From: Candidatus Thorarchaeota archaeon
GTDB taxonomy: Archaea > Asgardarchaeota > Thorarchaeia > Thorarchaeales > Thorarchaeaceae
Assembly (NCBI GenBank): GCA_963726195.1
Contig: CAVSBO010000013.1
Span: 32,001 to 96,000 of the forward strand
Reading direction: 5' to 3'
Length of the DNA stretch: 64,000 nucleotides
Positions 12,372 through 22,856 of this stretch are shown in pieces; within the stretch, counting starts at the first letter, position 1; each line of letters begins with the position of its first letter. Both the position numbers and the translations under genes were made by a program. The notes beneath the pieces were generated by a model, which did no database searches, was not told the DNA's origin, and saw only the letters and a program-made list of their open reading frames with translations.

Positions 12372-12863
12372 TTGAGAGTCAAATCACGTTACCCCGAATC
12401 TACAGAGTACAATGCTTCTGCTGTCTGGGACGGAGCGACAGGCGGCACGGCTTCGACAGGCGAGGGACAGAAAATCACTTTCGACACCCCGGTAGCATAC
12501 GGGGGAAAGGGCCAAGGACTATGCCCAGATGAGATTTTCATTTCATCGATTCTTGGTTGCCTCACCAATACGTTCCTAGACTTTCAACGACGGTTTGAGA
12601 TGGCATTAGTCTCGATGCATCTCGATGGAAGAGCATCTACGAAGTTTGATGGGTCCAGTTACAGAATCGACAGTGTCAGAGTTTCAGGCGGGGTTGTCGT
12701 CGGAGAAGGCGAACTGGAAACCGGTCAGCGCTGTCTGCAACTGATGAAGGAATATTGCCATCTTACCCGCTCGCTGAAGGATTGCATACCTATTGAGTAC
12801 GACATCATGGTAAGTGAGACCAAGGCCAACAAAAGCTCTGGGAAGCTGGGTCGCCCGCACTGA
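12372..12863 (+). CDS. OsmC/Ohr family protein
   Basis: D.PVAYGGKGQGLCPDEIFISSILGC...EYCHLTRSL, carrying both conserved Cys. TTG 12372 is preferred over 12294. Confidence 0.85.
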   Translation: MRVKSRYPESTEYNASAVWDGATGGTASTGEGQKITFDTPVAYGGKGQGLCPDEIFISSILGCLTNTFLDFQRRFEMALVSMHLDGRASTKFDGSSYRIDSVRVSGGVVVGEGELETGQRCLQLMKEYCHLTRSLKDCIPIEYDIMVSETKANKSSGKLGRPH

Positions 12864-12871
12864 GCACTCCT

Positions 12872-13364
12872 CTAAGGCGGTTGCTCCTCCACCAGTGACC
12901 TGATACGATCCATGTAGCTCCTGATGTTCTTCCAATGCCCTCCTTGGAAGTAGACGCTATTGCAGGTTGTGCAAAGCCAGAACTTATCGTAGTAGTTGTA
13001 GGTCTGCTCTAAGACGAGTCCCTTCACCCGTTCCTTCTCATCTTTGCCTATCTCGACGAGTAACCCATTGCACTTCGAGCAACGGGACTTTGAAGGGTCA
13101 ATACTAGGCTGTATGTTGAACTGTCGAAAGAGTATTGCAATCTCATCGTCGACCCCTCCTCTGAGTAGCATCGACGAGATCCCGCCTTTCTCAGCTCTCT
13201 CGTGAAGCAGCTCGTCCGATGTCAGCAGAACCCGATCTTCCGACTGAGTCTATCTCAAGCAGGCGGTCATCATCGTCCTTGGGCGAGTAAATCGTGTCGT
13301 AGCCAAGCAATCTGAGCCAGAGTGCAACCTTGCCCAGCATGCCATCGACTACGAAGCGTGTCAT
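12872..13364 (-). CDS. Mut7-C RNase / PIN-like protein with C-terminal zinc ribbon (frameshift 13249)
   Basis: MTRFVVDGMLGKVALWLRLLGYDT...RVLLTSD joins the ORF carrying SRCSKCNG...FWLCTTCNSVYFQGGHW after removal of one base. ATGA overlap with the upstream gene. Confidence 0.88.
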
Positions 13365-14266
13365 GGGTGTTCACCGAAGAACAGGCGGGCAGCATTTTTC
13401 CACATGCACTGTTGGATTTCGTCATCGGTAACCTGCTGATAACCGAGTTCGATGAGGCCGTTCGGCAATCTGAGGGTAGAGAAGAACTTGACCCAGTCTT
13501 TGAGAGGCATCGCGTACTCGAAGAGTGGAAAGTCACTGGCCCACACCAGCCGGCTTGGAAATATCCGAAGAAGCTTTGCCTCGGCTATCATCTGGTACAT
13601 CTTCATAGGAACCCTCCCGGCAAAAGCTTGCCACCCAGAAACATCAACAAACACGTTCGGATTCTTATATGCAACCATGAGCGTCTCATCAACCCAAGGG
13701 GTCCCAACGTGAGCAAGCACAATGTTCAGATCCGGGAAGTCAACTGCCACCTTGTCTACGAAAACAGGTCTCGCGTATTTCACATACTTGAACCGTGAAG
13801 TAAAGCCCTGATGAATCACCACGGGAATCTTGAGTTCCGTGCATAGCTCATAGTACGGGTAGAATTCGTCTTCATCAGGATAGAAGCCGTTGGGAGGATA
13901 TAGCTTCAGGCCGCGGCATCCCTTCTCTTTGACTGCTCTCTCAAGTTCGGCAAGTCCTTCCTCTCCTCTTCTGGGGTCCAGACCGACAAATGTGATCAGA
14001 GATGGGTCACCCTTTATCTCATCGACGTGCCAGTCGGTCTTCTCTCTCAATGAGAGTGGCATCCTTTGGTTGAGGCCGCTATCGATTGGCAGTATCACTG
14101 CTCTTTCGATACCTGCACCTTTCATCGCGGCCTTGAGCTTGCTTGCAGGGAACTCAAGTTGAGGCTCAATGCCCGCCTTCGCAGCAGCAATCCGCCGAGC
14201 CTCAATATCTGTCTCGCTAAGAATCGATTGCGACCAAGTATGAACGTGAGCATCGATGACTCTCAA
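13361..14266 (-). CDS. Amidohydrolase_2 family metallohydrolase
   Basis: IDAHVH, GLKLYP, VVIHQG, VLAHVG and WASDFP motifs. Confidence 0.9.
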   Translation of the reverse strand: MRVIDAHVHTWSQSILSETDIEARRIAAAKAGIEPQLEFPASKLKAAMKGAGIERAVILPIDSGLNQRMPLSLREKTDWHVDEIKGDPSLITFVGLDPRRGEEGLAELERAVKEKGCRGLKLYPPNGFYPDEDEFYPYYELCTELKIPVVIHQGFTSRFKYVKYARPVFVDKVAVDFPDLNIVLAHVGTPWVDETLMVAYKNPNVFVDVSGWQAFAGRVPMKMYQMIAEAKLLRIFPSRLVWASDFPLFEYAMPLKDWVKFFSTLRLPNGLIELGYQQVTDDEIQQCMWKNAARLFFGEHP

Positions 14267-14367
14267 GTGGAATCACAACCACCTCATGACTAATCCTCGC
14301 CTGATATGAATTATGCGTGAGTCACATGGTAGCCGTGTATTCATGTTGAGAGCCGTACACATGTACA

Positions 14368-15228
14368 CTAGCTTGTCTTCTTGTTTCTCAGAGATGTGGC
14401 GGCCTTTCTAAGGCAGTCAACTACACTGAGCGGTACTGTAACGTCACCCATGAAACTCCGAGAGGCGTCACCGTGATGATCACTGCCGCCTGTCTCAATC
14501 AGACCCAAACCCTCGGCGGCTTCGCTGACCTGACCGGGCGCTGCGGGAGTATACATGTGATCATAGGCATAGTTTACCTCTATGCCCAACAATCCAGCTT
14601 GTTGCAGTTGCTTGATGTCTCGTCTCAGGTCGCTTGAGCCTATGGTTAGAGGGTGAGCCAGCACAGGGACCGTCTCTTCAGCCCTCAGAAGTGCAATGGC
14701 TTCCTTGGCATCAATCATCTCCTTTTCAACATAGGCTGGCTTCCCATCGCCCAGATAGACTTCGAAGGCTTCCTTCTCGTCTCTCACTATGCCGTTCATG
14801 ACGAGCAACCGAGCAAGATGCGGTCGCCCGGGCGATTTCACACCCTCAAGGATACGTTGGAGGTCTTTCTTAGCTATCTTGACGCCCAGCTCATTTAGCT
14901 TTTGAACCATCTTTGGGAATCGTTCTTGCCTCTTCTTCTCAAGGTACGCGAGACGTTCTCTGAGTTTGTCAGCACTTTCGGGCACAAAGTACCCGAGTAT
15001 GTGAGTTTCGTGTCCGTTGTGTACGGTGCTAATCTCCACTCCCGGAATACGAACTAGCCAGTTTGGTGCTTTGGCCTTCATAAACTCGCTAATACCGTCT
15101 AGAGTGTCGTGATCTGTCAGAGCAATTGCTCCAAGTTCCTTCTGCACAGCCATCGCGACAAGCTGGCTGGGTGTGTTGATACCATCAGATACAGTGGAAT
15201 GCAAGTGCAGGTCAGCGAGAGTCCTCAC
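14368..15228 (-). CDS. PHP-domain phosphoesterase (TrpH/YciV-like)
   Basis: DLHLHSTVSDG, ALTDHD, GVEIS, GRPHLA, LAHP and TGGSDHHG motifs. Confidence 0.92.
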   Translation of the reverse strand: MRTLADLHLHSTVSDGINTPSQLVAMAVQKELGAIALTDHDTLDGISEFMKAKAPNWLVRIPGVEISTVHNGHETHILGYFVPESADKLRERLAYLEKKRQERFPKMVQKLNELGVKIAKKDLQRILEGVKSPGRPHLARLLVMNGIVRDEKEAFEVYLGDGKPAYVEKEMIDAKEAIALLRAEETVPVLAHPLTIGSSDLRRDIKQLQQAGLLGIEVNYAYDHMYTPAAPGQVSEAAEGLGLIETGGSDHHGDASRSFMGDVTVPLSVVDCLRKAATSLRNKKTS

Positions 15229-15706
15229 GCTTCTTTGCCTCTGTCATCAGTTTCTTTACGAGCTTCCTGACTTCAGGGCACGCTCTGTTAATCTCTTCCT
15301 TTGTGACGGTTTCTCTTGACGGGCAATCCTTGTCTACAACACACCTGTGTCGTCTGGCGTCATATATGATGGGATAGAACCTGCAACCGTCCGGTCTCTG
15401 TTCATAGATTCTGCATGTCTTCTTTTCAGAATCGTAAAAGCAGCAATAGTCGTCGAGGTCTCTCAGCTGGCAGAATGCATCCTTTGTCCTGACTACGTAC
15501 TCATTCCTCATGTGGCCCAAGGAGTCAATCCGCTCCATGTCCGACTCTGTCAGTGTCATTTCGGTCTTCACGCAACAGGCTTTGTCATCATCACAGTCTC
15601 CTGCGTGGTTGCAAACAAAGGGTGTCAAGCTTCGCTGCCCTCTCTCAAGTGTGGTTTGTTGGGCTGAGCAAAGACTAGCAGGGCTATGCAATATCTGGGA
15701 TATCAT
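15212..15706 (-). CDS. YkgJ family cysteine-cluster (CxxCxxCC) protein
   Basis: C....C....ACC...LTESD...CCFYD....CRIYEQRPDGCRFYP. The true start may be TTG 15628. Confidence 0.85.
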   Translation of the reverse strand: MISQILHSPASLCSAQQTTLERGQRSLTPFVCNHAGDCDDDKACCVKTEMTLTESDMERIDSLGHMRNEYVVRTKDAFCQLRDLDDYCCFYDSEKKTCRIYEQRPDGCRFYPIIYDARRHRCVVDKDCPSRETVTKEEINRACPEVRKLVKKLMTEAKKREDSR

Positions 15707-15757
15707 GGGGTCAATTGAGCACTATTGATAGCCGTGATGCGAGTGCACTGGTTGTAC

Positions 15758-16060
15758 CTAATCTCTTCTCAAACGTCTCAGAGGGGACAGTCTGGTCAAA
15801 TCATCGGTCGTAGAATCGACTGAATTCTGTCCGAGCAGGCTGGCCTCAGTCACGAGTTGTCTACCAGTGATTGCCAAGAAAACTCTGGCGCGAACGAGAG
15901 TCAAGAAGTGCATCATATCGCTCGGCTCCGCTCCGGCCTCACCACGGATGCGCCGTGCTCCGGTGAAGGTATCAAGCAGCCTATCTACAATCTTCATCTC
16001 GTTCGCCTCAAAGGAAAGCTCTCGGCTGAGCACAAAAGCCTTTGGAAGCTTGCATCTCAC
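15758..16060 (-). CDS. Hypothetical protein
   Basis: ORF fills the gap between the YkgJ gene and rli1; no recognised motif. Confidence 0.35.
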   Translation of the reverse strand: MRCKLPKAFVLSRELSFEANEMKIVDRLLDTFTGARRIRGEAGAEPSDMMHFLTLVRARVFLAITGRQLVTEASLLGQNSVDSTTDDLTRLSPLRRLRRD

Positions 16061-16130
16061 ACAGCCAAAGTGCTAAATACTGTGCCAGGAGTCGCAGTCC
16101 TAGTTTCTCCGTAGGTGTTGATAGACCGAT

Positions 16131-17948
16131 ATGCGTGTCGCCGTTCTGGATAGGGAGCGCTGCAGGGCCAAGGATTGTTCCCACGAATGTCAGAGGTTCT
16201 GTCCCAGGGTTAGGACCGGCGACGAGACTGTAGTTTTTCCCAATGGGCTCGAAAAGCCGCCTGTCATAGTTGAATCTCTCTGTTCAGGAGAGGCAATCTG
16301 CGTCAAGAAGTGCCCGTTTCACGTCATTAGCATCGTGAATCTACCGGAGGAACTTGAGACCGATACTAGCCACAGGTATGGTGTCAACGCGTTCAAGCTA
16401 TTTCGTCTACCGATTCCGAAGGAAGGAAAGGTTCTCGGTCTAATCGGTCCCAACGGTGTCGGGAAGACCACAGCCGTCCGGATACTCTCCGGTGAGCTGC
16501 AACCTAACCTTGGCCGCATCGAGTCTCCCCCAACATGGGATGAGATTATCCTGCAATATCGAGGATCTGAGCTTCAACCCTTCTTTGAGAAGATGCGCGC
16601 CGGTTCAATCAAGGCAGTTCACAAGCCTCAGAACATTACTGACCTTCCAAAGGTCAAGTCATTCGCTGAACGTCCCGTGAGCGAACTACTAGAGAGCGCA
16701 GATTCGTCAGGGCGACTCAAAGAGTTGAAGCAGGACCTAAGCTTGACAAACATCTGGACTCGCTCAGTGAAATTCCTTAGTGGAGGAGAGCTTCAGCGAG
16801 TAGCTATCACGGCGGCGATAGTACGCGAAGGTGACATATACTTCTTCGACGAACCTACAGCTTACCTAGACGTGAGAGAGCGCCTGCGTGTTGCTCGTGC
16901 AATAAGGCAGCTCTCCGAGAATGGAAAAACAGTTGTCGTAGTTGAACACGACCTCTCAATACTCGATTATGTGTCCGACTTGGTTTGCATGTTATACGGA
17001 AGCCCCGGAGTATACGGCATAGTGTCACATCCGCATGGCACTAGAGTCGGTATCAACATATTCCTCGACGGTTACATTCCGGACGAGAATATGCGATTCA
17101 GGGATACTGAGATTTCCTTCAAAGGGCAAACGACCGAGGACCAACAGTGGGCTGGTGCGGAAGCACTCTTGGAATATGGTGACATGACCAAGAGATTCGA
17201 AGACTTTGAGCTAAGAGTATCTGGGGGCCGTGTTGCAAAGGGCCAGGTGATCGGCATTCTCGGACCGAACGGTATAGGAAAGACGACCTTTGTGCGCTTG
17301 CTTGCCGGTGAACTTGAGCCAGATGAGGGCGAGGCACCGAAGAAGACAATGCTGGGTACCGACTTGAAGGTTAACTACAAGCCTCAGTACATAAGCGCAG
17401 ACTTCGAAGGCACGGTACGTCTGTATCTTCGTGAGGCCGGACATGACTTTGTCGAGACTGCGGAGTACAAGACGACTGTGGTGAAGAAGCTCGAGCTTGA
17501 ACACCTGATGGATCATGCTGTCTCAGAATTGAGCGGTGGCGAACTACAACGTGCGGCAATTGCTGCATGTCTTGCACGCGAGGCGGACATCTATCTCCTA
17601 GACGAGCCATCCGCATTCCTTGACATTGAACAGCGCCTAGCAGGGTCGCGAGCCATTCGCAGAATGATGCAAACGAGAATGAAGACGGCCTTTGTTGTTG
17701 AACACTCACTTCTCATGGCTGACTACTTGAGTGACAGCCTTGTGGTGTTCGACGGAATTCCAGGGAAATCCGGTCGTGCCTCTTCTGTTACTACTCTGAG
17801 AGCAGGGATGAACATGTTCCTGAAGCAAATGGGTGTAACATTCCGTCGCGATCCCCAAACAGGGCGTCCGAGAGTCAACAAAGACGGGTCTCAGCTTGAC
17901 GCCCAACAGAAGGCCGCCGGCGAGTATTACTACGTAGGCAAGATGTAG
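16131..17948 (+). CDS. rli1: Ribosome recycling ATPase ABCE1/Rli1
   Basis: N-terminal FeS Cys pattern (C...C...C...CP; C.G..IC.KKCP), two ABC NBDs, and C-terminal TFRRDP..GRPRVNK.GS..D..QK..GEYYY. Confidence 0.97.
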   Translation: MRVAVLDRERCRAKDCSHECQRFCPRVRTGDETVVFPNGLEKPPVIVESLCSGEAICVKKCPFHVISIVNLPEELETDTSHRYGVNAFKLFRLPIPKEGKVLGLIGPNGVGKTTAVRILSGELQPNLGRIESPPTWDEIILQYRGSELQPFFEKMRAGSIKAVHKPQNITDLPKVKSFAERPVSELLESADSSGRLKELKQDLSLTNIWTRSVKFLSGGELQRVAITAAIVREGDIYFFDEPTAYLDVRERLRVARAIRQLSENGKTVVVVEHDLSILDYVSDLVCMLYGSPGVYGIVSHPHGTRVGINIFLDGYIPDENMRFRDTEISFKGQTTEDQQWAGAEALLEYGDMTKRFEDFELRVSGGRVAKGQVIGILGPNGIGKTTFVRLLAGELEPDEGEAPKKTMLGTDLKVNYKPQYISADFEGTVRLYLREAGHDFVETAEYKTTVVKKLELEHLMDHAVSELSGGELQRAAIAACLAREADIYLLDEPSAFLDIEQRLAGSRAIRRMMQTRMKTAFVVEHSLLMADYLSDSLVVFDGIPGKSGRASSVTTLRAGMNMFLKQMGVTFRRDPQTGRPRVNKDGSQLDAQQKAAGEYYYVGKM

Positions 17949-17964
17949 CGGGGCTCAATCAAAG

Positions 17965-18798
17965 CTATTTTGAGACCGCCCTGGACCAAAACTTCCTGCC
18001 CTTGCTTTCTTTCTCACCATCCATTTCAGCAAGAACCCTAGCCGCTTCGTTGCCGCAGTCAATAGCAGCGTCTTCACCCTTAACTGCAAACTCGTCCCGT
18101 ATTCTGTTGGCATAGACTGCACAGACCGCTCCGGCTCTGAATCCGTATATGTTTGTCAAGGTGAACAAAGTGGCCGCTTCCATCTCAAAGCTCGCCACAT
18201 TCGCTCTTTGCAGCTCCTCAATCAAACCCTTGCTCCAGCTCTGTTCATAGCCACCGAACCCGGGTCGGGACTGGCCCAAGTAGAAGGAGTCAGTAGATGC
18301 TGAGATTCCAAGATGGTATCTTAGTCCAAGGTTCTCCGCAGCCTCAATCAATGCCAGCAGCAGTTCGTATGACGGCATGGCTGGATACTCCGGCCTGATG
18401 TACTGCTTGCTTGTGCCCTCAAGTCTCACAGCGCCTGTTGATATGATTAGGTCTCCAATCTCAATATCCTTCTTGAGGGCGGCACACGAACCGACTCGAA
18501 TGAAATCCCGGGCGCCAACATTCGCGAGCTCCTCTATTACGATCGCGGTCCCTGGTCCTCCGATACCTGTCGAACAAGCTGACACAGGGGTTCCCTTGTA
18601 GGTGCCTGTATGAGTTACGAACTGCCTATGTGTTGCTACTTTCTTGAATGAATCCCATCGCGCACTGATCTTCTCTACGCGTTGCGGATCGCCCGGAAGA
18701 ATGACCGTTCGGGCCACCTCGCCCTCTCGAACCTCTATATGGTACTGCTTACGGTCAGGTGTTTCCGGCTTTCGCGCTGATACTCTAGCTGAAGGCAT
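17965..18798 (-). CDS. udp: Uridine/nucleoside phosphorylase
   Basis: QYHI, LPGDPQRV, STGIGGP, IRVGSC, VRLEGTSKQY and FEMEAA motifs. Confidence 0.9.
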   Translation of the reverse strand: MPSARVSARKPETPDRKQYHIEVREGEVARTVILPGDPQRVEKISARWDSFKKVATHRQFVTHTGTYKGTPVSACSTGIGGPGTAIVIEELANVGARDFIRVGSCAALKKDIEIGDLIISTGAVRLEGTSKQYIRPEYPAMPSYELLLALIEAAENLGLRYHLGISASTDSFYLGQSRPGFGGYEQSWSKGLIEELQRANVASFEMEAATLFTLTNIYGFRAGAVCAVYANRIRDEFAVKGEDAAIDCGNEAARVLAEMDGEKESKGRKFWSRAVSK

Positions 18799-19075
18799 CG
18801 TTCTCCATCCCGCAGAAAGAGCAGCTACAACCGCCTATTCTCGTTTTTGGGACGCCTCGGACCATGCCTGAGCGAGGAGGGTCAGGCTGGTCTGCAATGA
18901 ACCGTTAGACTATTCTACGGCCATAAAACTCATATGCGGGCGTGATTCCCCCAGAAACGAAGCTCTGCAACTCTTTGCGGGCTCGAAAGACCTAATAGAA
19001 TGCTCTGCAGAGGCTATCCTTACTCTGAGTAGAGTGCTGGGAATTCGGTCCGTAGGGGAAAAGGAGAGAAACGCG

Positions 19076-20243
19076 ATGGTTGAAAGTACTCTTAGTGTGA
19101 TTAAAGCAGACGTCGGTTCTTTGGCTGGACACGTAATTGTACCTGATTTTATCATGGAGCTCGCTCGAAAGTGTCTGAAAGAGGGTGTTGACAAGAAAAT
19201 CATCAAAGACTTTCGAGTGGTGAACGCAGGTGACGATCTCGAGCTGATTATGACTCACCATCGCGGGGAGAACAGCGAGGATGTCCACAAGCTGAGCTTG
19301 GGATACCTTCATGAAATGCACTGAAAAAGCACGGGAGATGAAAATCTATGCAGCCGGGCAAGACATGCTTTCGGACTCATTCAGTGGCAACGTGAAGGGC
19401 ATGGGGCCCGGCTCTGCTGAGATGGCTGTAGAGGAAAGAAAGTCAGAGCCATTTGCAGTGTTCTGTGCTGACAAGACCGAGCCAGGTGCTTACAACCTTC
19501 CTCTATTCAGAATGTTTGCGGATCCGTTCAACACGGCCGGACTGGTAATCGACCCCAATCTTCACGAAGGTTTCAAGTTCGTCGTGCAGGACATCCTGAA
19601 ACAGGTTCCCACCTATGTGGAGTTGAAGTGCCCAGAAGAGATGTACGACCTTCTGGCTTTGATTGGGAGCACTGGTCATTATGTCATCAAGAGGATTTTC
19701 AGGCGTGACGGTATGATAGCCGCTTCCGTCAGCACCGACAAGCTGTCCCATATCGCTGGCAAGTATGTTGGCAAAGACGATCCAGTTGCGATTGTAAGAG
19801 CCCACTCAGGTCTGCCAGCAATGGGCGAGGTATTGGAAGCTTTCACTCTTCCGCACCTAGTATCGGGATGGATGCGAGGGTCCCATATAGGCCCACTTCT
19901 GCCAGTCGGCTTGAAAGACTCAAGGTGTACCAGGTTTGACGGTCCTCCGAGAGTAGTCTGTCTCGGCATTCAGGTCAGCAATGGTATGATTGTCGGCCCC
20001 GTGGATCTCTTCGACGATATTGCCTTCGACATCAGCAGGCGAAGAGGAATGGAAATCGCTGACTATCTGAGAAGGCACGGGCCGTTCATGCCACACAGAT
20101 TGAACGAGCACGACATGGAGTATACGACTCTGCCCAATGTACTGTCGAGGCTTGAGGGTCGTTTCACTGAGAATGATGGCATGGCTGGCAAAAGCACAAG
20201 CACAAAAAGCGCGAAGAAGCCGCACACAGACTCTGCCGAGTGA
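19076..20243 (+). CDS. fbp: Bifunctional fructose-1,6-bisphosphate aldolase/phosphatase (frameshift 19294)
   Basis: TLSVIKADVGS..GH, GDD.ELIMTH, YAAGQDMLSDSFSGNVKGMGPG, YVGKDDP, GWMRGSH and MEYTTLP motifs. Removing G19294 gives HKLAWDTFMKC (388 aa). Confidence 0.95.
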
Positions 20244-20341
20244 GTCCTTCGTGATGGCTCAAGTCACCCTTCAGCCACTATCCGATGTGCTCGACAAGAG
20301 AATCACTGAGCAGAGTCGTAGTTCCGAATGTCTGGAGCGGC

Positions 20342-20632
20342 TTAGCCTGTGCGCTTTATGATATGGTATCCGAACTTGGTCTTGACAGGTTCGGTAGTCA
20401 TTTGGCCAGGACCCAAGGCGAATGCAGCTCGCTCAAATTCCGGGACCATCTTGCCCCTCTCAAACCAGCCGAGGTCTCCGCCTTTGCTCTTCGAGGGACA
20501 AGTGCTGAACTGCTTTGCCATGTCCGCGAAGCTTGCACCTTCGTTTATCTTCCTGATGATTTCCAAAGCTTGGCTCTGTTTCTCTACCAAGATGTGGCTA
20601 GCTTTCACTTTTCCTGCAGTGCTCTTGCTCAC
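20342..20632 (-). CDS. Single-domain parvulin peptidyl-prolyl isomerase (PpiC-type)
   Basis: [13 protein letters not shown]...[18 protein letters not shown] and [10 protein letters not shown] motifs; GAGGTGA RBS upstream. Confidence 0.95.
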   Translation of the reverse strand: MSKSTAGKVKASHILVEKQSQALEIIRKINEGASFADMAKQFSTCPSKSKGGDLGWFERGKMVPEFERAAFALGPGQMTTEPVKTKFGYHIIKRTG

Positions 20633-20645
20633 GAGTATTCACCTC

Positions 20646-20717
20646 GCCGTTCATTGTAGAATGGACAAATCTAGACATAAGTCCTTTGTCCTCTCAGGAA
20701 CGGCACTGAGATTGCCG
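20646..20717 (-). other. Nested hairpins over the 3' end of the TnpB-like gene (candidate omegaRNA / right end)
   Basis: GCCGTTC 20646-52 pairs with GAACGGC 20698-704 and encloses GGACAAA 20663-69 / TTTGTCC 20685-91. An alternative stem is CGGCA 20701-05 / TGCCG 20713-17. Confidence 0.4.
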
Positions 20718-22814
20718 GAGTGAATTATGTTACGTGCCGCATTTATGTCTGCATGAATGTGCAAACCGCAATGTGGACAGTAGAAGTATTCCCCACCCTT
20801 CTTCTCAGTCATGGATTCTTTGCCATGGACTCGGAGCCCTCTCTCTTTACACACATGGCAGGTCTGAGAGGTCCATGCGGGGTTTACTGTCCACACGCTA
20901 TGCGGCGAATGACCAAGTGCCTGCCGCATGTACCTGATTCTGTCAATGGTCTGTCCCCACATGTTTGCGGTGAGAGCCCATGAAAGACCTTTGTACCCAC
21001 TCGGGGCTTCGTCAGCTCCTCAGATCCTCAAGGTAGAGCGTTTTGACGTTGTGCTCTTCGCAGAACCAAACAGTGTGTGAGGCGACAACCCGAGAGACCT
21101 CGCGGTCGAGACGACGGACCTTGTGCCAAAGAGCATCTAGGTTCCTTTCCTTCTTGAGGAGGGACGATGGATGCGACTGCCCCGGCCTCTTTGTCTCCCA
21201 GTTATTCATTTTGTGTTTGACTTCTCCTTGGAGGAATGAGGCTTGCCTTCTAAGGCGTTGCCTCTTACTCAAGAGAGGCTCCATTCTTACCAGCTGATCA
21301 GAGTATGTTTGGTCTTGTAGAACCGATAAAGCGACAGAGACCCTGAGCCCTCTGTCTGCCCCCGCAAGCGAATCGTATGTTTTGTTCTCAAGTCTCGGGA
21401 GGGCTTTCGTGTCGGGTGCGTGGAATGGTATCTGGAGTGTCACTCTGTGCCCCCGAATGAGAAGCTTGGGGGGAGCAGACCTACGGAGCTTCTTCAACTG
21501 TGAGACTTCTTTCTTAAGTTCCACGAGCTTCTCGGACTCTGAATCGCCTTTGCGCCTGATGTGCAGCTCGTGCGCCTTGTGCTGAAATTGGATGGTATTC
21601 ATGAGCTGCTCGTGCATATCTCGAAAGACGCAAGCTCTAAACTCAAGTCTCTCTGCTCTGTAGGGCAGATTTGAAGCCCTTGCCTGGTCCGCTTTGACAG
21701 TGTCCCCACGCGATGCCTGTGGAAGCCAGTTCAGAAAGCGAAATGTCAACGTTCGACAATCGCGTGTGGAATCGTCGATCCTCGTCCCGGCCATGCCACG
21801 AGGGAGCTTGATATGCAAAAGGACTTCGTTGTTCTTTTCGGTGTCTGATTCGAACCAGTAGCCTTGCCCGGTACTGTTCTCAGTAGAAGCCGAATAGTCG
21901 AGACTCGGGCTCTTGAAGCGTGGCGTAGTAGACTTGTATCCGTTCTTAGACCAAGAGTCGACCTTGTTGATGATAAGCGCCCGAATAGCATCTTTCTTAG
22001 GAGAAGGCTTGCTGAGGCCTCGTCTGACTCTCAACCTTTGCCCTACTCTTGTTCCCATTGGTTGTTCTAATTCAGAAATCACAACTTGGTCAAGTGCGCT
22101 TCTGAGTTGTCGGAGGACCGAGAGTGCATAATGATAGCCTGCGCCATTCTTTCGGACTAGTTCGCAACTATCTCGGACCTTGCGGATCAATCTTGCCACG
22201 ATCCATTTCTCACTCAGCAGCTGAATAGCATCCTCTTGTGAATCACAGAGAAGGCGAATAGCAGACGTGGTCAGCTGCCTTCTGATGTATTGGGAGAGAA
22301 TGATGCGGCCGGCCTCTTCCAACGCGTCCCTGTGGAGACGCTCAAATATGAGATTCTGGAATTCCTTATTTCCTTGGTAGCAGAGGTCGGTTTCCTTGCG
22401 AAGTAGGTTGTATGCTTCTCCCCTGTACAGTGAAAGTTCGTGTCCGATTTGTTCAGCACGTTGAGGACTGGTGTAGACTCTCTCAAGAATCAGGTTGACG
22501 ACATCCACGTATCGTTTCATGTATGATTCAAGGGTGTTGAGGTCCACAGTACCGACTTTGTTTCCCGCGACTTTCGTCAGAAGTGAGAGCCGATGTAGAG
22601 ACCGGCGGCTGTGCTTCTTCGAGAACGAGGGGTTTGGGCAGGAGCCAGACCCTTTGCGTATTACGACTCGATCTCGAGAATTGAGAATGAATGATTCAGT
22701 CAGAAAACTCCGGGTCGCATGCTCAGCGACTGATGACTCATTTATGAAGTTGTCATCAATCGTCTCCTGCTTTGTAGGCAGCCTGTGATGACACTGGGTT
22801 GTTTCTGTTGCCAC
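20651..22814 (-). CDS. Large TnpB/Cas12-like RuvC nuclease with zinc finger (~720 aa; frameshift 21013)
   Basis: RuvC-I AGADRGLR, bridge-helix region, RuvC-II LYLEDL, VNPAWTSQTCHVC...FYCPHCG and RuvC-III HADINAARNI. Removing one base at 21013 joins the 600-aa and 103-aa ORFs (EDLRSYEAPSGYKGLSWALTANMWGQ). Confidence 0.88.
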
Positions 22815-22836
22815 ATGCCAGCACTCTCTAAGAGTC

Positions 22837-22856
22837 TATGCTCGAGCATATATCTC
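22837..22856 (-). promoter_or_regulatory. Putative TATA promoter of the TnpB-like gene overlapped by a perfect 14-bp palindrome
   Basis: Minus strand reads AGATATATGCT (22855-22845) about 30 bp before GTG 22814; the same 11-mer precedes the corrinoid gene leader at 48573. Palindrome TATGCTCGAGCATA at 22837-50. Confidence 0.5.

Noticed and set aside
21012-21014. TGA as selenocysteine or readthrough in the nuclease (also TGA 11450-52)
   Set aside because: The downstream homologous sequence is in a different frame; a single-base insertion in AGCT(G)AC explains both sites.
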